From NCBI GenBank assembly GCA_951406725.2, contig OX597821.1:91450001-91514000 (forward strand): DNA of 64,000 nucleotides, read 5' to 3'. Below are positions 41,020 to 55,654 of this stretch, piece after piece. Below the pieces are notes generated by a model. The model searched no databases, was not told where the DNA came from, and worked only from the letters and a program-made list of their open reading frames with translations. This DNA is from Octopus vulgaris. Its lineage: Eukaryota. How positions within the stretch are numbered: position 1 is the first letter of the stretch; each line of letters begins with the position of its first letter. A program made the translations under genes and the position numbers.

Positions 41020-41867
41020 TGTTTCGTCTGTCATTACGTTCTGAGTTCAAATTCCGTTGAGGTCAACTTTGCCTTTCATCCTTTCGGGGGTCGATTAAAT
41101 AAGTGCCAGTTACGTGCTGGGGTCGATGTAATCGACTTAATCCCTTTGTCTGTCCTTGTTTGTCCCCTCTGTGTTTAGCCCCTTGTGGGTAATAAAGAAA
41201 TAGGTATTTCGTCTGCGAGCTGGCAGAATCGTTAGCACGCCGGACGGAATGCTTAGCGGTATTTCGTCTGTCTTCACATTCTGAGTTCAAATTCCGCCGA
41301 GGTCGACTTTGCCTTTCATCCTTTCGGGGGTCGATTAAATAAGTGCCAGTTACGTGCTGGGGTCGATGTAATCGACTTAATCCCTTTGTCTGTCCTTGTT
41401 TGTCCCCTCTGTGTTTAGCCCCTTGTGGGTAATAAAGAAATAGGTATTTCGTCTGCGAGCTGGCAGAATCGTTAGCACGCCGGACGGAATGCTTAGCGGT
41501 ATTTCGTCTGTCTTCACATTCTGAGTTCAAATTCCGCCGAGGTCGACTTTGCCTTTCATCCTTTCGGGGTCGATTAAATAAGTACCAGTTACGCACTGGG
41601 GTCGATATAATCGACTTAATCCGTTTGTCTGTCCTTGTTTGTCCTCTCTGTGTTTAGCCCCTTGTGGGTAGTACAGAAATAGGTATTTCGTCTGCCATTA
41701 CGTTCTGAGTTCAAATTCCGTTGAGGTCAACTTTGCCTTTCATCCTTTCGGGGGTCGATTAAATAAGTGCCAGTTACGTGCTGGGGTCGATGTAATCGAC
41801 TTAATCCCTTTGTCTGTCCTTGTTTGTCCATTCTATGCTTAGCCCCTTGTGGGCAATAAAGAAAGAA
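41020..41867 (+). repeat. Tandem array of 4 SINE family B bodies (periods 240, 240, ~184)
   Basis: ctgagttcaaattccg at 41041, 41281, 41521 and 41705; two units include the A-box head. Confidence 0.9.
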
Positions 41868-42083
41868 ATATAATGGTGTAAAGTCTGAACTGTAACTTTT
41901 GTCGTATAAATTCACACATAACAATAAAATTAAATGGAATAATATTCATGTAGACTTGAGACTAAGTGCAACTTTAAATATAGTTTTAGCCATTCTTAGA
42001 AATATTATGTATTTCTTAAAATAAATCTGGAAAGTATCTTCAAGCTTGTATTAACTGCATTTACTGCTCTATAACTTAATATA

Positions 42084-42522
42084 TCTCTCTCTATATAAAC
42101 GGCAGTTTGTCTGTCTGTGTGTGTGTGTGTCTGTCAGGTTGTACCCTCACCCTGACCACGGCTTTCAACCGATTCTGATACACTTGACACACACATAGCC
42201 CAATGTCATAATTCAAAACTAACGCAGCGAAAATTTTGAAAAGTTCCCTCAGTTCTGAAAAAAATCGATAAATTCGACATGGGGTCGAGAATCTAAGCCT
42301 TTTATATGCAACACATTTTCTGTCTAGGGGACGCAACTCGACCTTTTTATCGCCCAAAGGGACAGCTAGGAACATCGTATATACAGAAGTATTCGAGTGA
42401 AGAGAAGACATTGCAACCTACACATGCGCCTTCATTCCCTAGAGGGAAAGGACTAGATTGGGATTAGTCGTTGCCTACTAGGGGCTCTTACATACCCGGG
42501 CAACGCCGGGCTATGCTGCTAG
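42084..42522 (+). mobile_element. Non-autonomous Helitron
   Basis: 5' TC after A, subterminal hairpin cccgggcaacgccggg (42495-42510), 3' CTAG followed by T; no TSD. Confidence 0.75.
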
Positions 42523-43090
42523 TGTTGACATAAAAAGCACAGTAGTCTGTCTTGGGTCAACAATTGGTATACGAGCTTTCACTTTGAAGAGTACGTTTTT
42601 TAATCCACTGAAAACAAATAGTAACAAAATATCTGATACACAAAACGGATAGAGATGCAGGAAAATACGTAGACGTGACAACTGATGCAGACTTGGGAAT
42701 AATAACCTACATCATTTAGAGCAGCAAGCTGGCAGAATTGTTGGCAAGCCAAGCAAAATGCTCAGCGGCATTTCATCAGTCTTTAGGTTCTGTGTTCAAA
42801 TTCTGGTGAGGCCAACGTTGTCTTTAATCTTTTCTTGGTCGATAAAACAAGTACCAGTTGAGTACTAAGGTCAATGTAATTGACTAAATTAAAACCTTCC
42901 TCCGAAATTTCAAGTTAGTTTTTTTCCCAAACACCAACATAATATTGATAGTTATTTTAATAAATTTATTATTATTTTCTAAAATTAATTGAAACAGATG
43001 CAGTGTAGTTCAACAGAGATATGTTAACAAAAGGGTTATGATGAATGTAATATAAAACATCTATGTAAGATTAGCAAAAAATTTACAGAT

Positions 43091-43492
43091 AGGTGTAGGA
43101 GTGGCTGTGTGGTAAGTAGCTTGCTTATGAACCACATGGATCCGGGTTCAGTCCTACTGCATGGCACCTTGGCCAAGTGTCTTCTACTACAGCCACAGAC
43201 CGACCAAAGCCTTGTGAGTGGATTTGGTAGACAGAAACTGAAAGAAGCCCATCGTATATATGTATATATATATATGTGTGTGTGTGTGTGTTTGTCCTCC
43301 CAATATCGCTTGACAACCGATGCTGGTGTGTTTACATCCCCGTAACTTGGCAAAAGCAGCTTGGCAAAAGACACCGATAAAATAAGTACTAGGCTTACAA
43401 AGAATAAGTCCTGGGGTCGATTTGCTCGACTAAAGGTGGTACTCCAGCATGGCCACAGTCACATGATTGAAACAAGTAAAAGAGTAAAAGAG
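43091..43492 (+). mobile_element. SINE family A (a decayed family B copy lies at 42720-42915)
   Basis: Homology to 881-1282. Confidence 0.85.
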
Positions 43493-43910
43493 ATACTCTA
43501 ATGACTAGAGTAAATTTGAAATTCATACCTTTAATTATTGAAACACCTGCTGCATCTAAGCGCCACAAAATCGAGATGGTCACTGATGACTAAGAAACTA
43601 CAGTTGCAATCCATGTGTGGAATTGTGAAAATATGTAAAGCATATCAACAAAATATATTCATATGTAAACATACATAAATCAAACTATACAGATTCACGT
43701 ATGCACTGACATGTATGCACACATATATATATAAATGCACAGATACATATGCACAAAGTTACATAGATGCATACATGGTTACGAAGTACTTGGTTGTGTT
43801 TCATTTCCAGTGGCAATATCTTATTACTGGGATGGAAACCCACTCTTTCTCTGTTGGGGGAAATGTTTTAAATTAAATAAGAGCATAAATAAATGAATGT
43901 GTGTGTGTGC

Positions 43911-43941
<31 letters not shown>

Positions 43942-43977
43942 CATCTATATATATTTATATCTATATATTTATATATT

Positions 43978-44031
<54 letters not shown>

Positions 44032-44321
44032 GATATAAATATATATAGATGTATATATATATATATATATATGTATACACACACACATATTTATGTATAA
44101 ATGGTCATATCATACATACAAATATATATATATATATATATATATTCATATATTCGTGTGCATCTTCTGCTTATGTCTTTACAAATTTATCCTATAAAAA
44201 CACATGAACTGAAAATAACATTTCTTTTTAAAATAAATTCCATTTTATAACTTTTGATATAAACACAGCAACAATAGGATTGATGATGATAATAATAATA
44301 ACGAGAATAACAGAAGTATAA

Positions 44322-44373
<52 letters not shown>

Positions 44374-44614
44374 GCAAACACTGACAACATCATATTTCCT
44401 TTATGCTTATATTAAATATCAAGTTTGGTTTACATTTTTCAATTTATTCGTAATGACATTTAGTTTTGAACTGAAGGAAGTATACAGTTTTTCTTCATTA
44501 TTTACATTACATATTTATTATTGTTATTGTTTTTTATTTTATTATTGTTGTTATTCATGTTGTTGCTATTATCATCATCATTATTATTATTATTATTATC
44601 ATTATTATTATTAA

Positions 44615-44668
<54 letters not shown>

Positions 44669-45347
44669 CCTTTATTTCTTGTACATTTCCACTGACATGA
44701 ACTAAATTTTCCACCTACTGTTTTCTAACACCAACCAGTTCCTGATTTGTTCCGACTTCTTCTTCAATGATTTTTTTTGTTTTTTCCACTTTTCTCCCCC
44801 CCCACCTCCTTTTTTCCTTGACTTCTGGAAATGTCTAACATTTTCTTCACTTTTTTTTTTTCATTGTTATTGACTAATATTTCTTTTTTCATATATTTTT
44901 CTATCAGTTTATTTATTTAAAAATTTTTCCTTTATTTTATTCACTGATCCATTTTTTTCATACATCTCTCTCTTCATTCAATTTTTCTCACATTTTCCTG
45001 GAAGTTTTCTTAAATATATTTGCCATGAAAGTTTTCTGACATTTTTCATGAATTTTCCTTGTTTGTCATCCATCTTTCTCTTCCCTTTTCATTAAATTCT
45101 ATTTCATTTCTAACCATATATTTTAAAAATAATATCCCTTTCTTACTTTCATGTCTTTCGATAATATTATTTTTTTTGTATTTGTTGTTTTAATATAAAC
45201 CTAAACCAGATATTAAGTTTGCAATCATGGCGGCATATTTATTACATTGCCTTTTTCCTCTCTCATCCCCTCTTGATCCAAATATGCATACAGACATGTA
45301 TACATACAAATACACACACATATTTGTACATATATAAATATACATAC

Positions 45348-45378
<31 letters not shown>

Positions 45379-46395
45379 CATACATATACAAATACATATG
45401 TATACAGACATGTATGTATACATATGTATATATATATATACATGCACACAGATGCACACACATTTATATCATCATTCAAATGCAGATACATTTATATTTG
45501 GGCATCTATGTGAGTGTACATATTAAATTATAATATAAATAAAGGATAACTATAACTAAATATTTTACAATGTAGATTTATTTCACTGTATGTGTACATA
45601 TATATGTGTGTGTATCCACATGCACACACACACATATACAAGCCTACACATATATGTTTGTGTGTATATATATGTATGTATGCATGTATGTATGTATGTA
45701 TATAATAATGTCTGTTTGCCCATGTTAACATATGCAAATACATGTGTATGTATGTGTGTGTGTGTGTGTGTATTTACTGTGGTTGAATTATATTAAACAA
45801 CCCAAGAAACGAATTGGTTGCTTTTTGTATCTATATAGTTTGCTTTAGCTTTTGTTGTAATATCCAAACTGAGCCTAACATACAAAAACTGACATACAGA
45901 AAAGAGCATGTGGCAGAGCAAGGTGGAAGAGAGCAGGAGAGGGAGAGAGAAGCAAGGAAAAAGAGTAAGAGCATGCATGAACTTAGAAGAGAGAGAAATT
46001 GAGTGTCCAAATAAAAGTTACCAAAATATTCATGGAAAGAAACATGTAAATTATTTACTAACCCGCATTTCACACAAAATAATCTCTTCTAATTTTGTTG
46101 TATAAGCATGTGTGTGCGTGTGTGTTTGTTGCACAGCTTAATTTGCATGTAAGAAAGGATGTAGGAGAAGTGTAAGTAGAAGTATGATAGATAAAAGGAA
46201 TACAAGTGAATGAGAGAATTGAAATTGAGTCATAGATATGCATTGCTATATTTTATACCATATGTTGTACGATGGTGTTAGTTTAAAGTGTACACTAATG
46301 ACCAAAATTAGTTCCAGTTATTCCTTTACAATTTAAGCTATTTCCGGGATGTGATGGGTAAATTGGCGCCATTTTATATTTTTCATTTTACGCAT

Positions 46396-46885
46396 ACTCT
46401 TTACTCTCTTTTACTTGTTTCAGTCATTTGACTGCGGCCATGCTGGAGTACCGCCTTTAGTCGAGCAAATCGACCCCAGGACTTATTCTTTGTAAGCCTA
46501 GTACTTATTATATCGGGCTCTTTTGTCGAACCGCTAAGTTACGGGACGTAAACACACCAGCATCGGTTGTCAAGCGATGTTGGGGGGACAAACACAGACA
46601 CACAAACATATACACATATATACATATATACATATATACATATATATATATACATACATATATACGACGGGCTTCTTTCAGCCACAGCAGGAAATGTATC
46701 AGGACATGAAATGTAAAAGCCGAACTAGACTACTTTATGCGCAACTCCATTGTCTCCCGAGACAAAAAGGATGCCAACCAACATATATATATATACATAT
46801 ATACGACGGGCTTCTTTCAGTTTCCGTCTACCAGATCCACTCACAAAGCTTTGGTCGGCCCGAGGCTATAGTAGAAGATACTTAC
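46396..46885 (-). mobile_element. SINE family A, rearranged or two partial copies
   Basis: tatacgacgggcttctttcag occurs twice (~46661, ~46800). Confidence 0.8.
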
Positions 46886-46889
46886 CCTT

Positions 46890-47530
46890 TGTCGACTACA
46901 CAAATAGTAGGGTCAGTTGGGCTCTGTCAGTGAGAAGAACAGTACCATGACGCAATTCACTCTGCCACTGGTGATTGCAACGTTATGTCACCATTCATCT
47001 TCCCACACAGCCTCACACTCAACACGGAGGCCTACATCAAGTGCCTGGAGGAGGTGTTGCTGCCCTGGGTCAAGAGGATGGTAACTGGAAGACCCTATGT
47101 CTGGCAACAGGACTCTGCCCCATGCCACACAAGCAGGAGAACCCAGTCATGGCTGTCACATAATTTTTGCGACCTCATAACATCTGGCCACCTAATTTCT
47201 CAGATTGCTGCACCTTTATTATTGTGTGGGGTGCAGTTGAGCGAGAGAGACCAAGAAAACTTCTTGTAACACCAAAGATGAACTGAAGGCAAGGATTATG
47301 ACAGCATTCACCAACTTAAACAAGGAAACCGTCCAGAAGAGTTGCAGGAGATTCCAAAGTCATCTGGAGGCCATGGTTGAAGCCAACGACGATTTTAATG
47401 AATAAATTTACTCTTTAGTATTTCAGGATATTTTTATGTGATTTTGGTAAATATAATTGTTGAAATGAGATGTCAGTGTTATTTTAATTTTTATGAAACT
47501 TAGACGACAGTTTATTCACGGTATCCTGCG
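46890..47530 (+). pseudogene. Tc1/mariner-superfamily transposase C-terminal remnant with right end
   Basis: ORF 46985-47269 YIKCLEEVLLPWV...YVWQQDSAPCHTSRRTQSWL (second catalytic D), then a frameshifted WPPN-like region and ...CRRFQSHLEAMVEAN. Confidence 0.8.
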
Positions 47531-47536
47531 TAGTCG

Positions 47537-48265
47537 AACACACACGCACATATATACATACATTCACTCGCACGCACGTACACACACACACACATATATA
47601 TATACACACACACGCACACACACATACACACGTACAAACACACACACCAGCACAGATGCCCACATATACCTCCAACAAACAATACTCATACAGATACGCA
47701 CACATTTATACACACATGGGCACAGACACACACACACATACACATACACGCACGTAAGCGCACACACGCACTTACGCCCACACAACTACATGCACATACG
47801 ACACGCACGCACATACATACACACACACACAAATGAACCCACACATACATCCCATACACATGGCACACAATTATGCATACATATATACACACATACGCAC
47901 GTACAAGCACACACGCACACATACACTAAATATAGCACCGTTATTCGCCACATACCCAAACTCTACGCATACACACATACATACACACACACACTACAGA
48001 CAAAACACACACACGATACATATACATACACGCACACACACACATACTTCAAAGTAACAGGACTGACCTGTGGCAGGGACAAAAACACCACTCATTATTC
48101 TACTAGCCCTACAAACTAGCCCTTTGTTTACGGCTACAACCACACACACATACACACACACACATGCACACACAAACACACGTGTCATCATTGCACACAT
48201 ACACACACACACACACGCACACGCAGACCTCCACGCACGCACATATCCACGCTTACACACACACA
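47537..48265. repeat. Degenerate (CA)n low-complexity region
   Basis: Direct reading. Confidence 0.85.
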
Positions 48266-48358
48266 TTCCCCCTCCTACCATTCTGATGTCTTTGACAATA
48301 CTACTCTTCTGTCTTAGAAAACATTCTTCTTCACCCTTTTCCTTCCGGTCTTTCAAAA

Positions 48359-48557
48359 TGTGACCTCGTGTGTGCCGTTGGCGATTTTTTTCCTCTGTCT
48401 TCCCTTCTCTGGATCTTCCCTTCTCCTATGTTTCCGACGAAGAGCTCCGCTCGAAACGTTAAACCCTCCTTCTTCCCTTCTTTCCTGAGCGTCCAATAAT
48501 ACTATATTTGTTCCACGTCCTCTCGTTGTGTTTTTTTGTGCTTTCTTGTTTGGATTA

Positions 48558-48560
<3 letters not shown>
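48359..48560 (+). mobile_element. ~205-bp hammerhead-like element (copy 3)
   Basis: Homologous to 23633-23840; motif at 48430-48464; followed by (TA)n. Confidence 0.75.
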
Positions 48561-48634
<74 letters not shown>

Positions 48635-48636
<2 letters not shown>

Positions 48637-50208
48637 TCTTTTTACTCCACTCTTTTACTTGTTTCAGTCACTTGACTGCGGCCATGATGGAGCACCGGCT
48701 TGTAGTCGAGTAAATCGACCCCAGAACTTATTCTTTGTAAGCCTAGTACTTATTATATCGGTCTCTTTTGCCTACAGAATTGTTAGCATGCCGGTCAAAA
48801 TGCTTAGTCGCATTTTGTCTGTCGTCTGTCTGTACGTTCTGTGTTCAAATTTTGTCAAGGTCGACTTTACTCTTCTTCCTTTCGAGGTTGATAAAATAAG
48901 TACCAGTTACATACTGAGGTCGACGTAACCGACATAGTCCCCCCTCGAAATTACTGGCTTTGTACCAAAATTTGAAATCAATATATAATCCAAATAAAAG
49001 CTTAATAATGACAAAATTATTTTACGAAATACTTTATTGTTTTCAGAGTTAATTGAAGCAAACGCAGATTTTTTTCAATGGAAATATTCTTTTCTACTCT
49101 AGGCACAAGGCCCGAAATTTGGGGGAAGGGGGCCAATTTGTAACTGGTACCTAATTTATCAACCCCGAAAAGATGAAAGGCAAAGTTGACCACTGTGGAA
49201 TTTAAACTCAGAACATAAATCAGACGAAATGCCACTAAGTATTTCGCCCAACCCGCCAACGTTTCTGCCTACTCGCTGTCTTTTTCTCAATAGAAATATT
49301 GTAACGCCACAAGGATTAAATGACGGACTGATGTATTCCTTGTTCGTTAATGTAAAAAAAAAACTGGCTGTCATTAAAATTTTTTAATTATGCTTGACAG
49401 AACTACATAAAGATTGCTTCACTAATATCAAAATTAATAAAGCCAGTTGTGTAAGTGACATATGTTATATATAAAGTAATGTGGACATTTGTTTGAAAAA
49501 GCAATGTGCTTTCATTTAGTTACCTTAGGCTTTGACTGCTAAGAATACATGTGAAGTCATACAGTAGAAATGTTTCAATCAGAAAGTTTGAATCTGATAC
49601 TTGAACAGTGTGGTGACAATGTTGTGATTTAGAAATACATATCTGTGAAAAGGCCAGTCCCATAATTACTAGGAACAGCAGTTCTGACCAAAAAAGGAAA
49701 GTTCAAGGGTACTGTAAACATAACAGTTTATCTGGAGATCTTAGAAATGACCATACATACTTCCATATACCAGATGTATTTTTGATGGGTCGTAAGTTTT
49801 TCAACTAGAAATTTACCTGAAGCCTACTCCAGAAATAATCAGGGAATTCTTCATTAAAAACAAGAAACTTTGAGTGTTACAATACCCAGGAGAATACTTG
49901 GATTTTAATCCAAAGCGAAACTAGTAGAAACGATTTCACATGAATATCCAGCAAAAGAAATTAAAGAAATTAAGTGAATTACATGATTAGATAACTCTAA
50001 ACTGGGGCTAAACATAGAGGGGACAAACAAAGGGATTAAGTCGATTATATCGACCCCAGTGCGTAACAGGTACTTAATTTATCGACACCGAAAGGATGAA
50101 AGGCAAAGTCGACCTCGGTGGAATTTAAACCCAGAACACGTGACAGCAGATGAAATACGGCTACGCATTTCGCCCTGCGTGCTAACGATTCTGCCAGCTC
50201 GCCGCCTT
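48635..50208. mobile_element. SINE fragments: A (48635-48771 -), B (48772-48980 +, 49090-49280 -, 50000-50208 -)
   Basis: Homology to the family consensus sequences. Confidence 0.75.
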
Positions 50209-50989
50209 ATAATTATGGTATACATATAATTGGTATACATATAGGTTCGTCGTCACGCAGACAGGATTCTGTTTAGAGAATTTTATATTGAAATACTAGT
50301 GTCATATGATTTTATAATTTCTGGTCTTTAATACTTAATTTGTTGGGAAAAATTTTATGCTTCCCTTTTTCTTGAATTAAATGTCATTTATTTATTTATT
50401 TATTCTTTTTTGGTAAAGTTTAGTTTTTGTTGGTAATTGCATTAGGATAATTTAGAAGTTTCTTTAAAATAAGGGATGTTACGCAAGCATCAGCTTCAGG
50501 CAGATATCGCAGCAGTAGTTGTAGAAATAAATTTCCATAACATGCTTGAAGCAGCCTTAGTAGTAGTACTCAATTTCGTCTACGAAAACTTTAAATTAGC
50601 AGCTCTTTCGCAGTGACAATGAAACTAAGCCTGTGTATTAGATTAACGATTGGAGAGCCGATAAATTATAAGCTTTCAGGGATACAAATTCAGTACTACT
50701 TTTACAGCTATTTTAAGCTAACCAAACAAATTTAACACCACTCAGATCACAAGAATAAGGACACCTTTAAATATATAGAATGTTGATATAAATGATTAAA
50801 AATGATAGGTGTAGGTGTGGCAGTGTAGTAAGTAGCTGATTTACCAACCACATGCTTCCGGGTTCAGTCCCACTGCGTGGCACTTTGGGCAAGTGTTTTC
50901 TGCTATAGCCACAGGCCGACCAAAGCCTTGTAAGCGAATTTGGTACACAGAAATTGAAAGAAGCCCGCTATATATATATAGATAGATAG

Positions 50990-53361
50990 ATATATACACG
51001 TAATATAGATCCCGTTCTGTGTGTGCGTAAAAGAATATAATGGCCATATTTTTCAACTGATTTTCTCCACACTGGGAACATACATTATTTATGTTCCAGG
51101 GATGGTTTTAGACTCTTAAAATTTTCACATAATGAGTAATGGGCCACCTGGGAGCAGAAAACACCCGTTCCTGGGTTACGTGGAGAAGGGAGATAACTAT
51201 TTGCGAAATAAATTTCAGAAATTTATTGTCTCCCTTACACCCATTGGTCATTAAAGAAATAAAAAATATTGCTTTTTATATTAGATTAAAGTCTTTGAAA
51301 CTTTAAAAAAATATTTACTTCTGATTTTCTAGCGTCAGTGACGTCTTTATCTCTCTATCTATATCTCTCTATCCATCTCTCTCTATCTATCTCTAACCCC
51401 AAATATCTCTTTATCTATATCTCTCTATCCATCTCTATCACTATATTTATCTATATCTCTGTATCTATCTATTTATATGTCCTATTTGTCTAACTAGCTA
51501 GCTCTTTCTCTCCCCCTCTCTCTCTATCTCATTCAGTCTCTATTGTTTTCACTGTAAGTTTTCAATCGTTATTTACAAACAATGACAAATTACTGACAGA
51601 AAGAAGTTCACAGTTAACGATGAAAGTAATTTCATACATAATTTACTGACAGAAGTAACTTCATAAATTTCACTTCAATCCGTACACTTCGTTAAATTTG
51701 TCTACAAATTTCATATTTAATTTTGCCATATATTGTGTTTTTTTGTTGCTGATGGAATTACTGATAAAAATAAGTTTATAATTTACTGACTAAAGGAACT
51801 ACAAAAATTTTACTTAAATCTGAACATTTTGTCGATTTTTCTAAAAATGTCTTATTTACTTTTGCAACGGTTTTGTGATTTTCTGTTGTTAACAGCTTTT
51901 TTCTGTTTCCTTCGATACTGGCTCTTTGGTTCACTGATAAATTTCGCTTCAACCCGTACAATTCTTTATTTTATATAAAAATTTCTTATTTACTTTCTGC
52001 CCGTTGTATTAAGAAATATAACTTCCGTTACCTACATATATTAACATGCCTAGAAGGAAACTGTCAAATTTGTCTACAATGTTAAGGTCACCCAAAAGAA
52101 TGGCTCTGTCTAGGGGAAAGGGAGAAAGCTGCTGAAAGAGAAGCATACAAAGAAGCGACAAGACTGTGCACTTTAAAAGCCAGAGCATCTCAAAATGATG
52201 AACAGAGGTATGCACAGCTGACAAGGAATAGGATCTCCACTGCAGAACGAAGAGCAGTTGCAACAATTCAGAGGCGCAAGAGTGGCTGTGTGGTAAGTAG
52301 CTTGTTTACCAACCACATGGTTCCGGGTTCAGTCCCACTGCGTGGCACCTTCGCAAGTGTCTTCTACTATAGCCTCGGGCCAACCAAAGTCCTTGTGAGT
52401 GGATTTGGTAGACGGAAACTGAAAGAAGCCTGTCGTATATATGTATATATATATATATATGTGTGTGTCTGTGTGTTTGTGTGTCTGTGTTTGTCCCTCT
52501 AGCATTGCTTGACAACCGATGCTGGTGTATTTATGTCCTCGTTACTTAGCAGTTCGGCAAAAGAGATCGATAGAATAAGTACTGGGCTTACAAAAGAATA
52601 GGTCCTGGGGTCGAGTTGCTCGATTAAAGGCGGTGCTCCAGCATGGCCGCAGTCAAATGACTGAAATAAGTAAAAGAGAAAGAGTATCTACTACTATGAA
52701 GCAGCTTTAAACTATGAACCAGTAGTTCATTATGCAGATGACACTAGAGCTTCCATTGGTGCAATGACAATTGTGCTTACATTTTAAAGCAAGTGGCCTG
52801 GAAAGACACCTGCACTATGCTGCCGTGGTGGAAAGGTTAAACACCCTGCTATCCCCCATACCTCCAGAGCCATTGAAGAAATTGTTGTCATCAACTAACC
52901 AAGATTCCAAGCACTTCCAAAGCAAAATTAGACAATACAATGCAGCACTACAGCTGACATCATTTGGAGCCACCAAAGATTTAACTGAGCCAGGATTCAT
53001 ACAAATTTTTAAGATCCTATGTCAGATTTATCATCGGATTACCTCCCTACTATGTTAAATGAATCACCAAAGCTGGCCTTTCATTGTTTATAATCTGTAC
53101 CAGTTTTTTTTTTGGTTACGAAAAAGCTACACAAAACGTGTTTTTGAATTACGTGTAGTTACCTTATATACATATATGAGTTGAAAACTTTCTTTTAACA
53201 TTTCACTGAACGTCTATGTTCCATGTTCGCATGGGTTGGAGAGTTATTAATGTAGAATGTTGGTATCTCAGTTACTAGCAGTTGAGACCTGCATAATATA
53301 GACAGCATTTTAAAATTGACTTATTCTCCTTAACCCGGGCAACGCCGGGTATTTCTGCTAG
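50990..53361 (+). mobile_element. Internally deleted Helitron with a RepHel N-terminal remnant
   Basis: 52771-53058 gives (CCRGGKV)...PPEPLKKLL...SKHFQSKIRQYNAALQLTSFGA...FKI..QIYHRI.SLL; 3' hairpin cccgggcaacgccggg and CTAG at 53358-53361. The 5' boundary is uncertain. Confidence 0.75.
52272..52684 (+). mobile_element. SINE family A nested in the Helitron
   Basis: Full-length family A copy. Confidence 0.9.
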
Positions 53362-53973
53362 CGTGTATGTGTGTGCGTACATGTTTGTGTGTCTGTGTTT
53401 GTCCCCCCAACATCGTTTGACAACCAATGCTTGTGTGTTTACATCCTCATAACTTAGTAGTTTGGCAAAAGAGACCAACAGAATAAGTACTAGGCTTCCA
53501 AAGAATAAGTCCTGGGGTCGATTTGCTCGACTAAAGGTGGTGCTCCAGCATGACCACAGTCAAATGACTGAAACAAGTAAAAGAATAAAAGAATAAAGGA
53601 ATAATCCTTATCATCCTTATTATCATCGTGGTCATCATCATCATTTTAACGTCTACTTTTCCATGCTTACATGAGTCACACAAATGGACATCAGGCAGAG
53701 GTTTTGCAGATGGAATCCCACCCCCTTCACACAGTTCCAAGCATGATAATAATTTCCAAGTCTATCACACAGCAAACATGTTTTATGCTGAGAACTGAAA
53801 ACAAAATGGCACTGGTTGAATGACCGGTTCTATTTACCCAGATTGCACAACATAGCAAGAGATGTGAGGAAGCCTACATATGCTTTCATGGTAGACTGCA
53901 AGTAAATAACACCATCAGAAAGTCATTGTTTATAAACCAGCACACATGAGGGAAGTACAAACTCAGTTATACG

Positions 53974-54012
<39 letters not shown>

Positions 54013-54802
54013 TCACTTACGCACATAGACACATATGGGATTTTTACTACATTCTCATATGCAAAGTACATTCCAGAAGTTTTGAGACTTTTTCTGGAGG
54101 GACATTTGTTAATTTCAATGAAGTACAACATCTATTGCTGTTCTGAGCTGAAATCCTACCAAACTGTACCTTGCATTTTTCCATGACCAATCAGTAAAAT
54201 CAATAAAATAAATAAGAATCAAATTCTGTAAGTGGTAGGTAAGGGTCCTTTACCCATTCACCAAATATCTTTTTATTTTTACTTCTTTCAGTCACCTGAC
54301 TGTGGCCAATCTGGAGCACCACCTTAAATGTTTTTTTTCAAACAAATCAACCCCAATATTTATGACCCCATAATTGCTAATGTTATGGGGACATAAACAA
54401 ACCGAAAGTGGTTGGCAAATGATGGTGGAGATACAAACACTATGCCAATTACATACATACATACATATATGTATGTGTGTGCATGCATGTGTGTATGTAT
54501 GTTTATATAGTAGTGTTCATAAGTATTCATAATGTGTAAGATAAAATTGATCTTTTTTTTAAAGTTCTTCTCACCACTAATCAGTTTGCAATATCTTTTG
54601 TATATTATTTATACTTTATTAATATACACAATTTCATCTAATTATTAGTCTATTTTTATAATGTATATCAATTTTGCACCAATAGTCAATATGTGAGTTT
54701 CTCTCATGGTATCTCCCACAGTATAGTTTGCTCTGCCAAAACATTCACATGTAAGTGAGGATAAATATTACCTCTTGGTAATAAAACTACTTCAGTTACT
54801 AA

Positions 54803-55206
54803 TCTCTCTTTTACTTGTTTCAGTCATTTGACTGCGGCCATGCTGGAGCACCGCCTTTAATCGAACAACTCAACCCCAGGACTTATTCTTTTGTAAGTCC
54901 AGTACTTATTCTATCGGTCTCTTTTGCCAAACCGCTAAGTAACGGGGACATAAGCACACCAGCATCGGTTGTCAAGCAATGCTAGGGGGACAAATACAGA
55001 CACACAAACACACACACGCATATATATATATATAATTATATACGACGGGCTTCTTTCAGTTTCCGTCTACCAAATCCACTCACAAGGCTTTGGTCGGCCT
55101 GAGACTATGGTAGAAGACACTTGCCCAAGGTGCCACGCAGTGGGACTGAACCCGGAACCATGTGGTTGGTAAACAAGCTACTTACCACACAGCCACTCCT
55201 GCGCCT
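54803..55206 (-). mobile_element. SINE family A (full length)
   Basis: Reverse complement of the consensus. Confidence 0.9.
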
Positions 55207-55654
55207 AGCTACTTACCACACAGCCACTAACATATATTTCTTATCAAGCTCACTTGCTAATCATGACATCAGTGTCTGTTCTGGCACAGTTTTGCAATAT
55301 ATTGCTGGGGAGGAGATGAGTAACTTCTATCTCTAGTGGTTGAGTGTCCACCATTGATGAGACCAAGAAAGGTTGAAATCACTGGATCTGGTAGTCTCAA
55401 CACTGGAGATTGCAGGAATTTGTCTCTCTGCTAGCGATATAAGCAAGAATTTATTTTGTACCAAAAGCCAGTATGACAGTTTCTCTCATGTTATCTACTA
55501 CAGTATAGCTTGTTCTAACAGAACATCCATGTTTAAATGGGAACAAATATTACCTCTCAGTGTTAATATTGCTTCTATTGTTAATATATATTTGTCACCA
55601 AGGACATGTGTGATGTATAGAAGAACCAAATATGTTGCCTTTTGCTATAGTAAA

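Larger units (their letters stand above)
50808..53595 (+). mobile_element. SINE family A split into 50808-50985 and 53362-53595 by a Helitron insertion
   Basis: The 5' half ends at its internal TA tract and the 3' half resumes directly after the Helitron CTAG. Confidence 0.7.

Noticed and set aside
49560-49990. Possible Tc1 transposase remnant (YPGEYLDFNP-like)
   Set aside because: Too degenerate to support by eye.
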